This document shows, one piece after another, positions 1 to 11,876 of a DNA stretch of 64,000 nt. The translations under genes and the position numbers were made by a program. Every line of letters begins with the position of its first letter. The first letter of the stretch is position 1. This stretch comes from Candidatus Yanofskybacteria bacterium RIFCSPHIGHO2_01_FULL_41_26 (GTDB taxonomy: Bacteria > Patescibacteriota > Minisyncoccia > 2-02-FULL-40-12 > GWA2-44-9): assembly GCA_001794055.1 (NCBI GenBank), contig MGJB01000006.1:90168-154167 (forward strand). The letters are read 5' to 3'. The notes below the pieces were generated by a model. That model was not told where the DNA came from. It made no database searches and saw nothing but the letters and a program-made list of their open reading frames with translations.

Positions 1-1273
<1,273 letters not shown>

Positions 1274-1297
<24 letters not shown>

Positions 1298-2464
1298 AAC
1301 CCCTTTAAAATCTTCCTCGATAAACTTGAAAATAGTTTCGACTCTCTTTTGCCAAGTATAATTTTTAACTTCTTCAAAGGCCTTTTTGGTTAATTTTTGG
1401 GATTCGTTTGGATTTTTCAAAACAAATTTAATGCCACCAGCCAAGGCCAAAGCGTCATCCGAGTTTACTGGAACAGAATTTTTTTCATTTAAAATTTCTC
1501 TTAAGGAAGGCAGGTCCGAGGCGACAATAGGCCGTTTAGATGCCATATATTCAAACATTTTTAAAGGCGAGGTGTAAGATCTTGATATTTCTTCTCTGGT
1601 AGAATTGGGCAATACAAGCACATCCGCCGCTTTCAAAAATAATGGTATCTGATTATAACGTTTGTGTTCCAAAATCAAAACATTATTCAATCCTTGTGCT
1701 TTTTGTTTAAAACTTTTTATATCACGCTCCGTCCCTCCTATAAATACAAACAACATTTTGCTGTCAGAAATTGGGAATCGATCATTAGAAATCAACCTTG
1801 CCGTCTGAAGCAAAGTTCCCGTTCCTTTCCACTCAAACAAATGCCCAGTATACATAACGATATTTTTGTCTGACGGCAGGCCCGTTTTAACCCTTGCTTC
1901 CTGTTTCGATATATCAATGTCAAAATCCGATAAATCAACTCCATCAGAAGCTACGAGTATATTTTCCGGCCTAAAACCAATTTTTGTAAAGTTTTCTTTA
2001 AGGTGTTTGGTAATAACCACAACCTTTAAATTTATACTTTTAAATCTTTTGTAAAATAGTTTACGACAACTCGAAAAATTATGAGCTTCATAAATTAAAT
2101 TTTTCCTGAAAAAACTTAACAAAAAAAGGGGCATCTCGTCTCTGGAGAAAACAAGGTCAGTCCGTTGAGATAATGCAGAAAAACTTAAAAAAAACGCTGA
2201 TATAAAACTTTTTATATAAAAAGATATTTTGTCTAATTTGCCCGCAAAATAAAAGTCGGGGGCCCAAATTTTTTTAACTGTAAAATTATTTTTTACAGAG
2301 TAATACGAATATATGTCTTCTCTGATAAACGGATTTCTCCTGTGCGGAAAAATTAGGGTAACGCTAAAACCTAAATTGGCCATTGCTTCGCATGTTTTGG
2401 CGATCTGAATACCATAAGCCTTTTCTGTTGGAAGACGGAGGTTGGCGATATAAGTTAATGTCAT
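1274..2464 (-). CDS. Glycosyltransferase family 4
   Basis: RLPTEKAYGIQI N-terminus; SPLKMFEYMASKRPIVASDLP. Confidence 0.9.
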
Positions 2465-3624
2465 AGAGACTGGAAAAAATTATAAAATTTATTCGCCACA
2501 ACCTTATAACTGAAATTTTCTTCAACGTATCTTTTTCCGGCCTTCCCCAATTTATTTCTTAAGCCTTCATCTTTTCCCAGCCTTAACATGGCCTCAATCA
2601 AACCTTTTATATTCTCTGGTTCAACCAACAAGCCTGTCACTCCATCCAAAACAACCTCCTCAACAGACCCTGTCCGGGTAGAAATTACCGGCACTTCCAT
2701 TAACAATGCCTCGGCCATGGAATATCCGAATTGCTCCTCCCATCCGCCAAAAGAAATACTGGGATATAAAAAAACATGAGAAATAGACAAAAGTTCCCTA
2801 AGTCCAATAGGGTTAAGCCAAGAAATTTTTGTTATGTTGTCTTCTAGACCAAATTCAATTACCAGTTTCGATATTTCGTTTTCATATTCCCCCGTTCCGG
2901 CTATCATTAAATGGACATTCGGTAAAACAGAAAAAACCTGCTTAAAAGCACGGATTATATTGTGTATGCCTTTTCTGTATCCTATCGCTCCGGCAAAAGA
3001 AAAGACCAGCTTATTCTTGAGGCCATGGATTTTTAAAAACTCGTCAGCATCTACTTTGTGAAAAAAGTCTGCATCAACACCACTCATAGGAATAACGGCA
3101 ATTGGCTTCTTGGTCAAATTTTTAAATATTTTTTCAGCCTTGCGATTGCCGCAAATTATACCGTCAGATAATAACAGATTTAACTTTATGATAACTTTCT
3201 TTAATAAAAGATTTGGTCCCTTAAATTTATTCTCGTAAGGAATGTTCTCCCAAGTGAAAATGACATGCTTGAGACCTAAGAATTTAGACCAGAATGCTTG
3301 ATAAAGCGTGGTAATAAGAATAGGTTCGCTCGAACTATAAACAAGGTTAATCTTTTTTTTTCTCTTTAACCGCCACAAAATAAAAGGGAAAATAGGCATC
3401 CATCCCTTAAATAATCCCCCGATGACAGGGTAGTGGGAATGATGAAAATAGGCCTTGGCGCTGAACACATTTGAATCTTTTGACGGATAATAAACTATTT
3501 TGCCATTTTTAACTTTCCATGATTCCGGCAAAAGAAAAAAAATCTTGCCTTGAGCAGGATAGTGCCGCCATGTGTTAAAATAATTTTCTCTAATATAAGG
3601 AAAGCCAGCTATTAAAATATTCAT
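2461..3624 (-). CDS. Glycosyltransferase family 4
   Basis: EQFGYSMAEA E-x7-E motif, PVISTRTG. Confidence 0.9.
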   Translation of the reverse strand: MNILIAGFPYIRENYFNTWRHYPAQGKIFFLLPESWKVKNGKIVYYPSKDSNVFSAKAYFHHSHYPVIGGLFKGWMPIFPFILWRLKRKKKINLVYSSSEPILITTLYQAFWSKFLGLKHVIFTWENIPYENKFKGPNLLLKKVIIKLNLLLSDGIICGNRKAEKIFKNLTKKPIAVIPMSGVDADFFHKVDADEFLKIHGLKNKLVFSFAGAIGYRKGIHNIIRAFKQVFSVLPNVHLMIAGTGEYENEISKLVIEFGLEDNITKISWLNPIGLRELLSISHVFLYPSISFGGWEEQFGYSMAEALLMEVPVISTRTGSVEEVVLDGVTGLLVEPENIKGLIEAMLRLGKDEGLRNKLGKAGKRYVEENFSYKVVANKFYNFFQSL

Positions 3625-4667
3625 GATTCGCGTATGTGTTTTAACAATTCACCCGCTAAAATACTACTGGCAAGCTTCTCGTTGAATAACGTCTTGGCCC
3701 CTTCGCCGATAATACGGCTGCGATCGGAAGAATTCTTCAGAAATCTAATTTTTTCAGCAAGATCTTCGGGGTCGGCCTTACGGCAAAATAATACATTTTC
3801 TCCATCGCTCAAAAGTTCCCTTGCGGCCGGCGTATCGGCAGTTATTACCGGTTTTCCCATCGCTATTGCTTCATAAACCTTATTCGGTATGACCAGATCC
3901 GTTTTTGGACTATCACCGAAGATGCCTAGACAAATATCGGCCATGGCGACATGTTCAGTCAGATCGAAATAGGACATTTTATCAATAAAATTAATATTTT
4001 TAACATCCAGATCAGCTGCTAATTTTCTATTTTTTTCGTATGTTTGACCTCGGCCTATCAAATTAAACATGATATTCTCTTTTTCAAGTAATTTAGCCGC
4101 TCGGATAATATATTCTACTCCTTGTAGGGGTATATAATAACCGTGAAAATGAACTAAGAACTTATCTTCCTTTTTTGCTGATTCTCTCGGATAAAAAACA
4201 TCTTCGTCGGCGCCGACAAATATCCTTTTAAACTTGTCGGGCGGTAATCCAAATTCTTCAACAAAAAAATTAACATGAGCGTTTGTATCTAATAATACAA
4301 GATCGGCCAAACGACAGGAAAATTTATCGATCCAACGATAATATTTGGCTCGCCAACTGGTCTTGTTAAAATATTGCCGGTCTAAAATGTAGCCGCCATA
4401 ATGAGAAGTAAAGGCATCAAATACAATAGGCTTGAATGTTAGTAATCTGGCTAGAAACATTACCTCCTGACCAGGAAAACCTACTATCATTACATCAAAT
4501 TTTCGTCTTAATTTCAAATACTTTAGAATTAGTTTTAAATATTTAAAAAAGGATTTTATTTCCTCACGACATTCTACAATCTCTGTTCCGTTTTGTTTTA
4601 ATCCCTTTATCAATACTCTATTTCGAGAATAATCGGGATTATATACGCCAAAATACAAAATTCTCAT
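3621..4667 (-). CDS. Glycosyltransferase family 4
   Basis: IPNKVYEAIAMGKPVITAD GT-B motif. Confidence 0.88.
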   Translation of the reverse strand: MRILYFGVYNPDYSRNRVLIKGLKQNGTEIVECREEIKSFFKYLKLILKYLKLRRKFDVMIVGFPGQEVMFLARLLTFKPIVFDAFTSHYGGYILDRQYFNKTSWRAKYYRWIDKFSCRLADLVLLDTNAHVNFFVEEFGLPPDKFKRIFVGADEDVFYPRESAKKEDKFLVHFHGYYIPLQGVEYIIRAAKLLEKENIMFNLIGRGQTYEKNRKLAADLDVKNINFIDKMSYFDLTEHVAMADICLGIFGDSPKTDLVIPNKVYEAIAMGKPVITADTPAARELLSDGENVLFCRKADPEDLAEKIRFLKNSSDRSRIIGEGAKTLFNEKLASSILAGELLKHIRES

Positions 4668-4757
4668 TTGTTTTATCTATTAGGCCTGTTGGCTAAATAT
4701 ACAGGCTTCGTGTATTATACTTACATAACATAAAAGTCAGGTCAAATTAAGATAACT

Positions 4758-5576
4758 ATGATTACTTTCAGGAAATTAGGACTCTTAGGGAGGTTTGGCA
4801 ATCAGCTTTTTCAATATGCCGGCGCCAGAATGTACGCGGATATCAATGGATTTAAGAGCGCTTTTCCAGGTTGGGTTGGTAATAAAATTTTCGAAAATAT
4901 CATATCTTATAACAATCGCGAGTATCTGTTGAGCCGGTTTTTGCCAACTCGACAATTAAACGACTTTCTCTCTTATACCCGCACAGACAAAATAAAATAC
5001 ATGCTTCGTCTTCAGAAACAACTGCCCCAAACTATTGCACTGAATAAATTATATGCGCATCCGGAAGATAATATAAACTTTTTAGGATATTTCCAAAATG
5101 AATTGAGTTTAAAAATATTAAAGGAAAGAAAAAATTACGTTTTAGGTTGGTTTGTTTTTAAAAAAGATATCGCTGATGAGTTTAAAAAGGTAACTCAAAA
5201 CTATAAGCCCTGGACAGGAATTCATATTCGAAGAGGCGACTTTGTAAAAAGGGGCCTTTCTCTGCCGGTTTTTCTTTACAAAGATTTTTTAAAAAGTGTC
5301 GACAAAAAAAATATTTATATTTCCTGTGATGACCCGGAAACAATCTCTGAATTTAAAGATTACTCGCTTATAAGACCAGCAAATCCCTTGCCCGAAATAC
5401 CTAATTTTATCTTTGACTTTTGGATGTTAAAAGAGTCAGAGATGGTTTTGGGTTGCGGTTCGACTTTCTCTTGGTGGGCGGCTTATTTAGGTAACCGAAA
5501 CAATTATTTCAGTCCACCGCTGACTCATTTGTGGCCAAAAGGATATAAACCGACATTAGGAAAAATGGATATCTGA
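4758..5576 (+). CDS. Alpha-1,2-fucosyltransferase (GT11)
   Basis: GRFGNQLFQY, HIRRGDF and STFSWWAAYL GT11 motifs. Confidence 0.85.
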   Translation: MITFRKLGLLGRFGNQLFQYAGARMYADINGFKSAFPGWVGNKIFENIISYNNREYLLSRFLPTRQLNDFLSYTRTDKIKYMLRLQKQLPQTIALNKLYAHPEDNINFLGYFQNELSLKILKERKNYVLGWFVFKKDIADEFKKVTQNYKPWTGIHIRRGDFVKRGLSLPVFLYKDFLKSVDKKNIYISCDDPETISEFKDYSLIRPANPLPEIPNFIFDFWMLKESEMVLGCGSTFSWWAAYLGNRNNYFSPPLTHLWPKGYKPTLGKMDI

Positions 5577-5582
5577 ATTTTA

Positions 5583-6584
5583 TCATTTGAACAAATGAAT
5601 TATTTTCATGGCCCTCTGCTTTAAAGTGTGGTCTTTCAACAGACGTTCATGGCCCGCTTTTGCAATAACTTGTCTTTCATTCTCATGTTTGAGATAATAG
5701 TCAACCTTGGATTGCAGGTCGTTTAGATCTCGAAAAATAACTATTTCTTTGCCTGGAATAAAAAGATCTTCCACATCCTTTCGCCAGTCAGAGATCTGAA
5801 AACCTCCGGCCGCGACAATTTCAAACGTCTTAACATTAACGCCGTTTGTTGCCGGTCTTGTATTCATATTTAGACAAATCTTCGCACGTTTATACGCCTT
5901 GACTGATTCGGCTGCATTAAGCGGCCCGAAATATCTGTCAGCCAATTGGGTCTTCTCCCATCCGCTCCAGCCGAATATTTTTATGTCATAATTTTTAAGA
6001 GCCAATAAGGCCTCCGCCCTTTCCGGATATGCCGCCCCAATAAAACAAATGTCGCATTGAAATTTTTCTTTATCTTTTTCGATAATATCGGCGCCAAGTT
6101 CAACCGGATCAGCTCCGAATGGCACATATTTTATCTTATTTGGAAACTCTAACGTCCTTCTTTCCGTGATCGATGAATCAAATGTCAAGAAAAAATCGTA
6201 ATAGGCGTAACGCGATAAAAACCATTTGTCATATGGGGGGCGATAAATATTCTCTGGAAACCAATTTGCGGTTTTTATGCCCATCTCTTTAATCTTGTTT
6301 AACGTGTTGGGCCTGACACTGGTTGCTTTTATAAACAAAACTGCTTGCGGTTTGAAATTAACACAAGCCAAGATTAATTTATTCTCCAAAAGTTTTTTAT
6401 TGAACTGCCTTAAATGCGGAGTCTTTCTCGCTATGTTCCATAATACAGAAATTTTTCCTAAAAATTTAGGAAGAAAATGCGCCATCCGTTCCTCTATATA
6501 AAAAATATCAACGCCGCAAGCAATAAATGCTCTTTTAATTTGATCATTATAATCGGAATGAGGTGCGACAATTATCAGTTTCAT
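5583..6584 (-). CDS. CgeB-like glycosyltransferase (Glyco_trans_1_2)
   Basis: DICFIG, AKICLN, NVKTFEIVAAGGFQISD, ERQVIAKAGHERLLKDHT. Confidence 0.8.
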   Translation of the reverse strand: MKLIIVAPHSDYNDQIKRAFIACGVDIFYIEERMAHFLPKFLGKISVLWNIARKTPHLRQFNKKLLENKLILACVNFKPQAVLFIKATSVRPNTLNKIKEMGIKTANWFPENIYRPPYDKWFLSRYAYYDFFLTFDSSITERRTLEFPNKIKYVPFGADPVELGADIIEKDKEKFQCDICFIGAAYPERAEALLALKNYDIKIFGWSGWEKTQLADRYFGPLNAAESVKAYKRAKICLNMNTRPATNGVNVKTFEIVAAGGFQISDWRKDVEDLFIPGKEIVIFRDLNDLQSKVDYYLKHENERQVIAKAGHERLLKDHTLKQRAMKIIHLFK

Positions 6585-6607
6585 TTTTTAATATTCTCGA
6601 TAGAACT

Positions 6608-7660
6608 TCATGTAAACATACCGCTTATTTTAGATATAATTTTTTTTAGATCATGATGTTTAACAACAGATTCTTCTAAACTTTCGCTCATTTCCTTTAT
6701 TTTTTCAGAAGATAACTTCAGAAAATCCTCTACTTTATCTGCTAAATCTTCCGCATTTCCATATTCAAACAGCAAATACTTTTCGTAACCAGCCAAATAC
6801 GGAACAAAAACAGGATTAGCAACAAAAACCATACATCTCATAGCCATCGCCTCCAGAACCACCTTATCAATTCCGCCCTTAGGCGCAGGATTAATTAAAA
6901 TATCGGCTTTTTTGTAGTATTCAGTGGTCTGACCATAAGGAATAAATCCGATAAATTCCACTTGATTATTTAAATTTAACTCTCCGACTAATTTTTTCAA
7001 ATCTTCAAAATACTTAAAATCTGGAGGCATTACTGGTTGGCCGACTATTTTCAACTTAAAATTCAATCCTCTACTTTTTAAAATTCCCATCGCCTTAATA
7101 AGAGTTTCGAAATTCCTAATTCTAGAAATCCGCCCTATGCTTAAAATCATTAGTTCATGACTCGATGTTCTTGATTCAAGGTTTTTAAATCTATTTATGT
7201 TGATCCCATGGCCAATTTCAACTATTTTTTTGCTTTTTAAATTTAAACTTTCTTTTGCGGCTGTAGCAATTCTGTAAGCAAGTCTCTCGGCTATCTTTAA
7301 TTTTAAAGTTACTGAGCGATGTAAATACCACAAAATTATTTTTTTTCTGTATAAAAAAGTGAGTGGCCAGGAAGCAATAACGAATATCGGCGAGGAGTAT
7401 GCAAAAATGCCGCTGGAGCTTGGTACAAATCGCGCTAGGTGCCAGTAAAAAATAATCGCCTGCGTAAATTTAGACAGACCGCGCTCTTTACCAAGTGAAT
7501 AGATGTGGACCTTTTCTGGCAATGTATATATACCCTTCGAAACAGTTATAATATTAACTTCGCTGAAGTTTTTTGCAAACTCTCTTATCCAGTCAATAAA
7601 AAACCCGCGATGGTTGTCGTTCTCATCAACTTTCTGGGTTATAATTAATAAATTTTTCAT
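6608..7660 (-). CDS. Glycosyltransferase family 4
   Basis: GHGIN, SIGRISR, GGIDKVVLEAMA. Confidence 0.88.
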   Translation of the reverse strand: MKNLLIITQKVDENDNHRGFFIDWIREFAKNFSEVNIITVSKGIYTLPEKVHIYSLGKERGLSKFTQAIIFYWHLARFVPSSSGIFAYSSPIFVIASWPLTFLYRKKIILWYLHRSVTLKLKIAERLAYRIATAAKESLNLKSKKIVEIGHGININRFKNLESRTSSHELMILSIGRISRIRNFETLIKAMGILKSRGLNFKLKIVGQPVMPPDFKYFEDLKKLVGELNLNNQVEFIGFIPYGQTTEYYKKADILINPAPKGGIDKVVLEAMAMRCMVFVANPVFVPYLAGYEKYLLFEYGNAEDLADKVEDFLKLSSEKIKEMSESLEESVVKHHDLKKIISKISGMFT

Positions 7661-8799
7661 TTTAACAAATTTTGAAGTTTTTCAGCGTAATCTTTTATTG
7701 TCGCTTTCTTTTCAAATTGTCCCACTATCTCCAGACCGCCTTGGCTATATTTTTGATACAAATCAGGGCTATTCAGCAGCTCTATTGCCTTGTGGGCTAT
7801 ATAATTAGCCTCCCAAGCCACAATCTCGCCCTCCAAGCCGTTTTTAAGCAAATCAGGCACTATTCCAACTGGGGTTGCCAGAACCGGCACCCCACAGGCC
7901 ATAGCCTCAACCACGACCCGAGGACCACCTTCATTAAAAGACGACATCACAAGAATCTTTGATTGATTAAGCAATTTGGCAACTTCTTGAGAATCCTTGG
8001 CCCAACCATAAAGTAAGACGTTATCTTGCAATTTCCAATTTTCAATTTTCGACTCACAATAATTTTTAAGTGACCCGTCTCCAACTATAAGAATTCTTAA
8101 TTTAAAACCTTGAACTTTGAGTTTTTTTGCCGCTTCTATTAATAGAACGATTCCCTTGTTGGGCTCTAATCGGCCGATGAAAATTAAATCATATTCTTTA
8201 GGCAAATTCATCGGCTTGAACATGTTCAAATCTATATATATTGACGGAATATAAGTAATTTTATTTTCAGGCACTCCGGCTTTCACTAAAAATTCGAGGG
8301 TTTGTTTTTGATTGACGACCCTGACCGCTGTTGCTTTTGAAGCATCAAACTTTATCAACCACCCCATTAAAATCCGATAGACGCTTTCTTTTGGGTTTGC
8401 CGCTTTTGGGTATCCGGAAATGTGGTGGATCTCAAGAACATAAGGAACTTTAGTTTTAAGCCACAATAATCTTGCTCCGATCCCATTATAAAAAGGTGGG
8501 AATTCGTGCACGATCATCAGGTCGAATTTCTGCTCTTTATAGATTTCCATCCCTTTCTTCAGAAACCAAAATGGATGAAGAATCAATGGCCAAGGTGAAA
8601 TGTGAACATAAACATTCCCAAACAGAGGTTCAGCCTTGGGGAGATTTGAGATTGAACCTATGTAAGTTTTAGGTGAAATGATATCAATCCTATCCCAATA
8701 TTTATGGAACTCTTCCAGAGTATTATAAAATGCCCCTTTTTTGCCGGAGGCCAAATCTTTCGCGCTACCTAATCCTGTTATCATCAAGAGTTTTGCCAT
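7657..8799 (-). CDS. Glycosyltransferase family 4
   Basis: FIGRLEPNKG, EGGPRVVVEAMACGVPVLATPVG. Confidence 0.9.
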   Translation of the reverse strand: MAKLLMITGLGSAKDLASGKKGAFYNTLEEFHKYWDRIDIISPKTYIGSISNLPKAEPLFGNVYVHISPWPLILHPFWFLKKGMEIYKEQKFDLMIVHEFPPFYNGIGARLLWLKTKVPYVLEIHHISGYPKAANPKESVYRILMGWLIKFDASKATAVRVVNQKQTLEFLVKAGVPENKITYIPSIYIDLNMFKPMNLPKEYDLIFIGRLEPNKGIVLLIEAAKKLKVQGFKLRILIVGDGSLKNYCESKIENWKLQDNVLLYGWAKDSQEVAKLLNQSKILVMSSFNEGGPRVVVEAMACGVPVLATPVGIVPDLLKNGLEGEIVAWEANYIAHKAIELLNSPDLYQKYSQGGLEIVGQFEKKATIKDYAEKLQNLLK

Positions 8800-8800
8800 A

Positions 8801-9964
8801 TCAATTTATTAACACTCTAATAGTTTCTTCAAACATTTTTTCCGAACTGAAATGCTCTGCCGTTTTTTTTCCTTCTTTCTTGAATTCTTCTCGTAATTCC
8901 AGGTCTTGCCAAAGAGATCTAATGGCCTCAATGAGATTAAACTCATCCTGATATTTAACCATAAAGCCGTTTTCTCCCTGTCTGACAATTTCTTTGTTTC
9001 CTCCCACAGCTGTCGTAATAACAGGCACACCGGCTGTCATAGCTTCCAGTATTTGATGCGAAAAACCTTCATAACCGCTATTGAGAACAAACGTGTCCGC
9101 CGCCGCCAGATAAGTTGCCAGCTCTTCCTGCGATTTTCTACCGACCAGATAAACCTTTCTTTCCAAACCAAGATTTTTGACCATTGATTCCAATATTTTT
9201 TTGTCAGACCCATCACCAACTATAACCAAACGGAAAAGTTGGCTTATATCCGAAAGGCGGGGCATGATCTTAATCAACATGCGAAACCCTTTCCAAGGCA
9301 CCAAACGCCCTGCGGATAATAAAATATCTCCATAAATGCCTACTTTTTTCTTAGCTTCTTCTTGACCGATGTCCGCGCTCTTAAAAGCAACCCCATTGTA
9401 GATGGTTGTAATTTTATCACCCGAAACGCCCCAGCCCCGGACAATTCCGGCCAGATACTTAGAAGGAACAATAATCTCATCGGCACTTTTACAAGCTCGA
9501 ACCTGAACTTTATGCAAAAAGCCTATCCAGCCGGTTTTTTTTGCTTTTTGAAAATCATCTATAAGCAGGTCTGTTTTATTTTTTTCCACTGCCACTTGCC
9601 AGGCATAATCACCGGCTATTCTAAGATAAAACTTCTTTTTAAAAAATCTTGCTCCAATCAAAGATGGAATTGCTCCGCTTAAAGTGCTCAACGAATATAC
9701 GATGTCGCTGTTTTTGCAGGTAAAGAAAACTTTCAAACCAAATGAGGCATGTTTAAAAAACCAAAAATTTTTCTTCCAAACACGTTTCACTTTAAACTGA
9801 TAATTTTTATCTTGCTCATGTTTTCTGACTGATGAGTATGTAATAACTTTAACTTTATAATCTTTTGACAATCTTTGAGCCAAAATTCTGACATACGAAG
9901 CCGGTCCGCCTATATCAGGAGGAAAGATACCTGTCACAATCAAGATGTTTTTTACTTTTTTCAT
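8801..9964 (-). CDS. Glycosyltransferase family 4
   Basis: FPPDIGGPA, GRLVPWKG, EGFSHQILEAMTAGVPV. Confidence 0.9.
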   Translation of the reverse strand: MKKVKNILIVTGIFPPDIGGPASYVRILAQRLSKDYKVKVITYSSVRKHEQDKNYQFKVKRVWKKNFWFFKHASFGLKVFFTCKNSDIVYSLSTLSGAIPSLIGARFFKKKFYLRIAGDYAWQVAVEKNKTDLLIDDFQKAKKTGWIGFLHKVQVRACKSADEIIVPSKYLAGIVRGWGVSGDKITTIYNGVAFKSADIGQEEAKKKVGIYGDILLSAGRLVPWKGFRMLIKIMPRLSDISQLFRLVIVGDGSDKKILESMVKNLGLERKVYLVGRKSQEELATYLAAADTFVLNSGYEGFSHQILEAMTAGVPVITTAVGGNKEIVRQGENGFMVKYQDEFNLIEAIRSLWQDLELREEFKKEGKKTAEHFSSEKMFEETIRVLIN

Positions 9965-10710
9965 TTGATAAACAAATTAAATCTAATTATATGCCAGATT
10001 GCCGCCAATCCATCTTTCCAATTTATCTTTTTACCGTCTTGATAAGTCCTGCCGCTATACGAAATTGGCACTTCAATAACTTTAAAATGTAACTTTCCGA
10101 TCCAAGCAGTTAATTCGGGATCAATACCAAATCTTTTGGATTTAAGATGGGGGTAGATTTGGTTTATTGAGTCCTTGGAAAAAACTTTATAGCAAGTGTA
10201 CATATCGGTTAGTTTAACTCCGCTTAAAATATTGGACATCCAGTTTAATGCCTGGCTGAACAGATAGCCACTTTTGTAAATAATTTTGTTTTTCTGTTCT
10301 GGTTTCATAAAACGCGAGCCATAGACAACATCGGCCTTGTTTTCTATTATGGGTGTTATCAGATTAGGGTATTCTTGCGGATTGTACTCAAGATCGGCAT
10401 CTTGAATTAAAATAATATCCCCCGCTGCCTCCTCGAACCCCCTTTTTGTAGCCGCACCTTTACCCATATTCTTATCTAAAAAAACGACATTATACTCCAC
10501 CTGTGGATAACCGACTTGCGAAGTCGGTATGTGGATAAGTTGATTTAGTATCTCTCTAGAGCCATCGGTTGATCCGTCATCAACTAAAATAATTTCTTTC
10601 TTGAGAGGCAAACTAACTGCCTCAACAGCATTGATTAATTTTCGCAAAGTTCTTTCTTCATTATAAACCGGGATAATGATGCTCAATTTTTTACAATCAA
10701 ATTCGTTCAT
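9961..10710 (-). CDS. Glycosyltransferase family 2 (DPM1-like polyprenol-phosphate glycosyltransferase)
   Basis: SIIIPVYNEE, VDDGSTDGS, QDADLEY, VYGSRF, EVPISY; start chosen at MNEF. Confidence 0.88.
   Translation of the reverse strand: MNEFDCKKLSIIIPVYNEERTLRKLINAVEAVSLPLKKEIILVDDGSTDGSREILNQLIHIPTSQVGYPQVEYNVVFLDKNMGKGAATKRGFEEAAGDIILIQDADLEYNPQEYPNLITPIIENKADVVYGSRFMKPEQKNKIIYKSGYLFSQALNWMSNILSGVKLTDMYTCYKVFSKDSINQIYPHLKSKRFGIDPELTAWIGKLHFKVIEVPISYSGRTYQDGKKINWKDGLAAIWHIIRFNLFIK
10500..10538 (+). repeat. Rearranged intragenic copy of the RAYT REP
   Basis: CCTGTGGATAACCGACTTGCGAAGTCGGTATGTGGATAA; read as LIHIPTSQVGYPQV in the GT2. Confidence 0.9.
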
Positions 10711-11848
10711 AAATTTTAGCAAATTCATTGGCTATAATATTCCAATTGTATTTCTCGGCAACCAATGCTCTGCCATTATTAATAATTTTTTCTCTTAACT
10801 GTTTGTCGCTTAGCAATAATATAATTTTTTCAGCTAAATCTTTAGGGTCGGAAACTTTGCAAAAAAGACCCGTCTGCCCGTTTTTTAAAAAATCAGGGAT
10901 TCCACCTACGGCCGTACCTACTATAGGCAATCCTGCCGCCATTGCCTCCAGAAACGCCGTGCCAAGACCCTCTGAAAGAGAAGGCCTGACAAAAATATCC
11001 GCCATAAATAAATATTTTGGCAATAAATCATTTGAAATGTCCCCCAAAAATTCAATGTGATTTTCCAACTTTAAATTTTTAACTTTTAACTTTAAATTTT
11101 TTTCTAACGGGCCGTCTCCCACTATCATTAGCTTGGCATCAGGAATTTCTCTGATAACCATGGCCACTGCTTCTATCAAATCTCCGATACCATTTTTCTT
11201 AACTAATCTCGAAACCGTAATAATGACTTTTTTGTGATTCATGATTCGTGATTCATGATTAGTGAATTTTTCCAAGTCTACTCCGTTTGGTATCACGCTT
11301 ATCGGTATTTTAGGATTTTGGGATTTAACATATTGTGCAAGATAATTACTGATCGCCGTAACTGAATCTGTTTTTCTAAAAATAAGATATCGGAAAAATC
11401 GCATCAACCACGACTGCTTATTTAAAACTTTCCCTTCCTGTATGGTGACGATGAGCGATGTTTTAGGATATATCCATTTCAGCAACCAACCTCCGCCAGC
11501 CGCCTGAGAAGCCTGAAAAGCATGAATGATATTATACTGGCCATATTTGCGCATCAACTGGTGCGCTTTTAAAAAAATAGCTATTGGGAAAAAATTTTTG
11601 GGCAATAAAAAATTGAGAAGGCTAAAGGAATTACCGACGCGATATATATTCACGTTGCCCATTTGTTCAAATGCAGGGATATTTTTTGATCCGCCTCCGC
11701 CAGTAGGGGCGGATGGCGGACGAGAGGTAATTAAATCAAAATAAATTCCAGGCAATCTGTCTGTTATGTTTTTTATAGCAAGCTCAGAACCGCCCACTTG
11801 AGGCAAATAAGCTGTAGTAAGTATTAGAACTCTGGATTTTTGAGTCAT
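10697..11848 (-). CDS. Glycosyltransferase family 4
   Basis: YLPQVGGSE, EGLGTAFLEAMAAGLPIVGTAVGG; start chosen at MTQK. Confidence 0.9.
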   Translation of the reverse strand: MTQKSRVLILTTAYLPQVGGSELAIKNITDRLPGIYFDLITSRPPSAPTGGGGSKNIPAFEQMGNVNIYRVGNSFSLLNFLLPKNFFPIAIFLKAHQLMRKYGQYNIIHAFQASQAAGGGWLLKWIYPKTSLIVTIQEGKVLNKQSWLMRFFRYLIFRKTDSVTAISNYLAQYVKSQNPKIPISVIPNGVDLEKFTNHESRIMNHKKVIITVSRLVKKNGIGDLIEAVAMVIREIPDAKLMIVGDGPLEKNLKLKVKNLKLENHIEFLGDISNDLLPKYLFMADIFVRPSLSEGLGTAFLEAMAAGLPIVGTAVGGIPDFLKNGQTGLFCKVSDPKDLAEKIILLLSDKQLREKIINNGRALVAEKYNWNIIANEFAKIYERI

Positions 11849-11876
11849 TTTGTGGTAATTTTGGCATAAAATAACA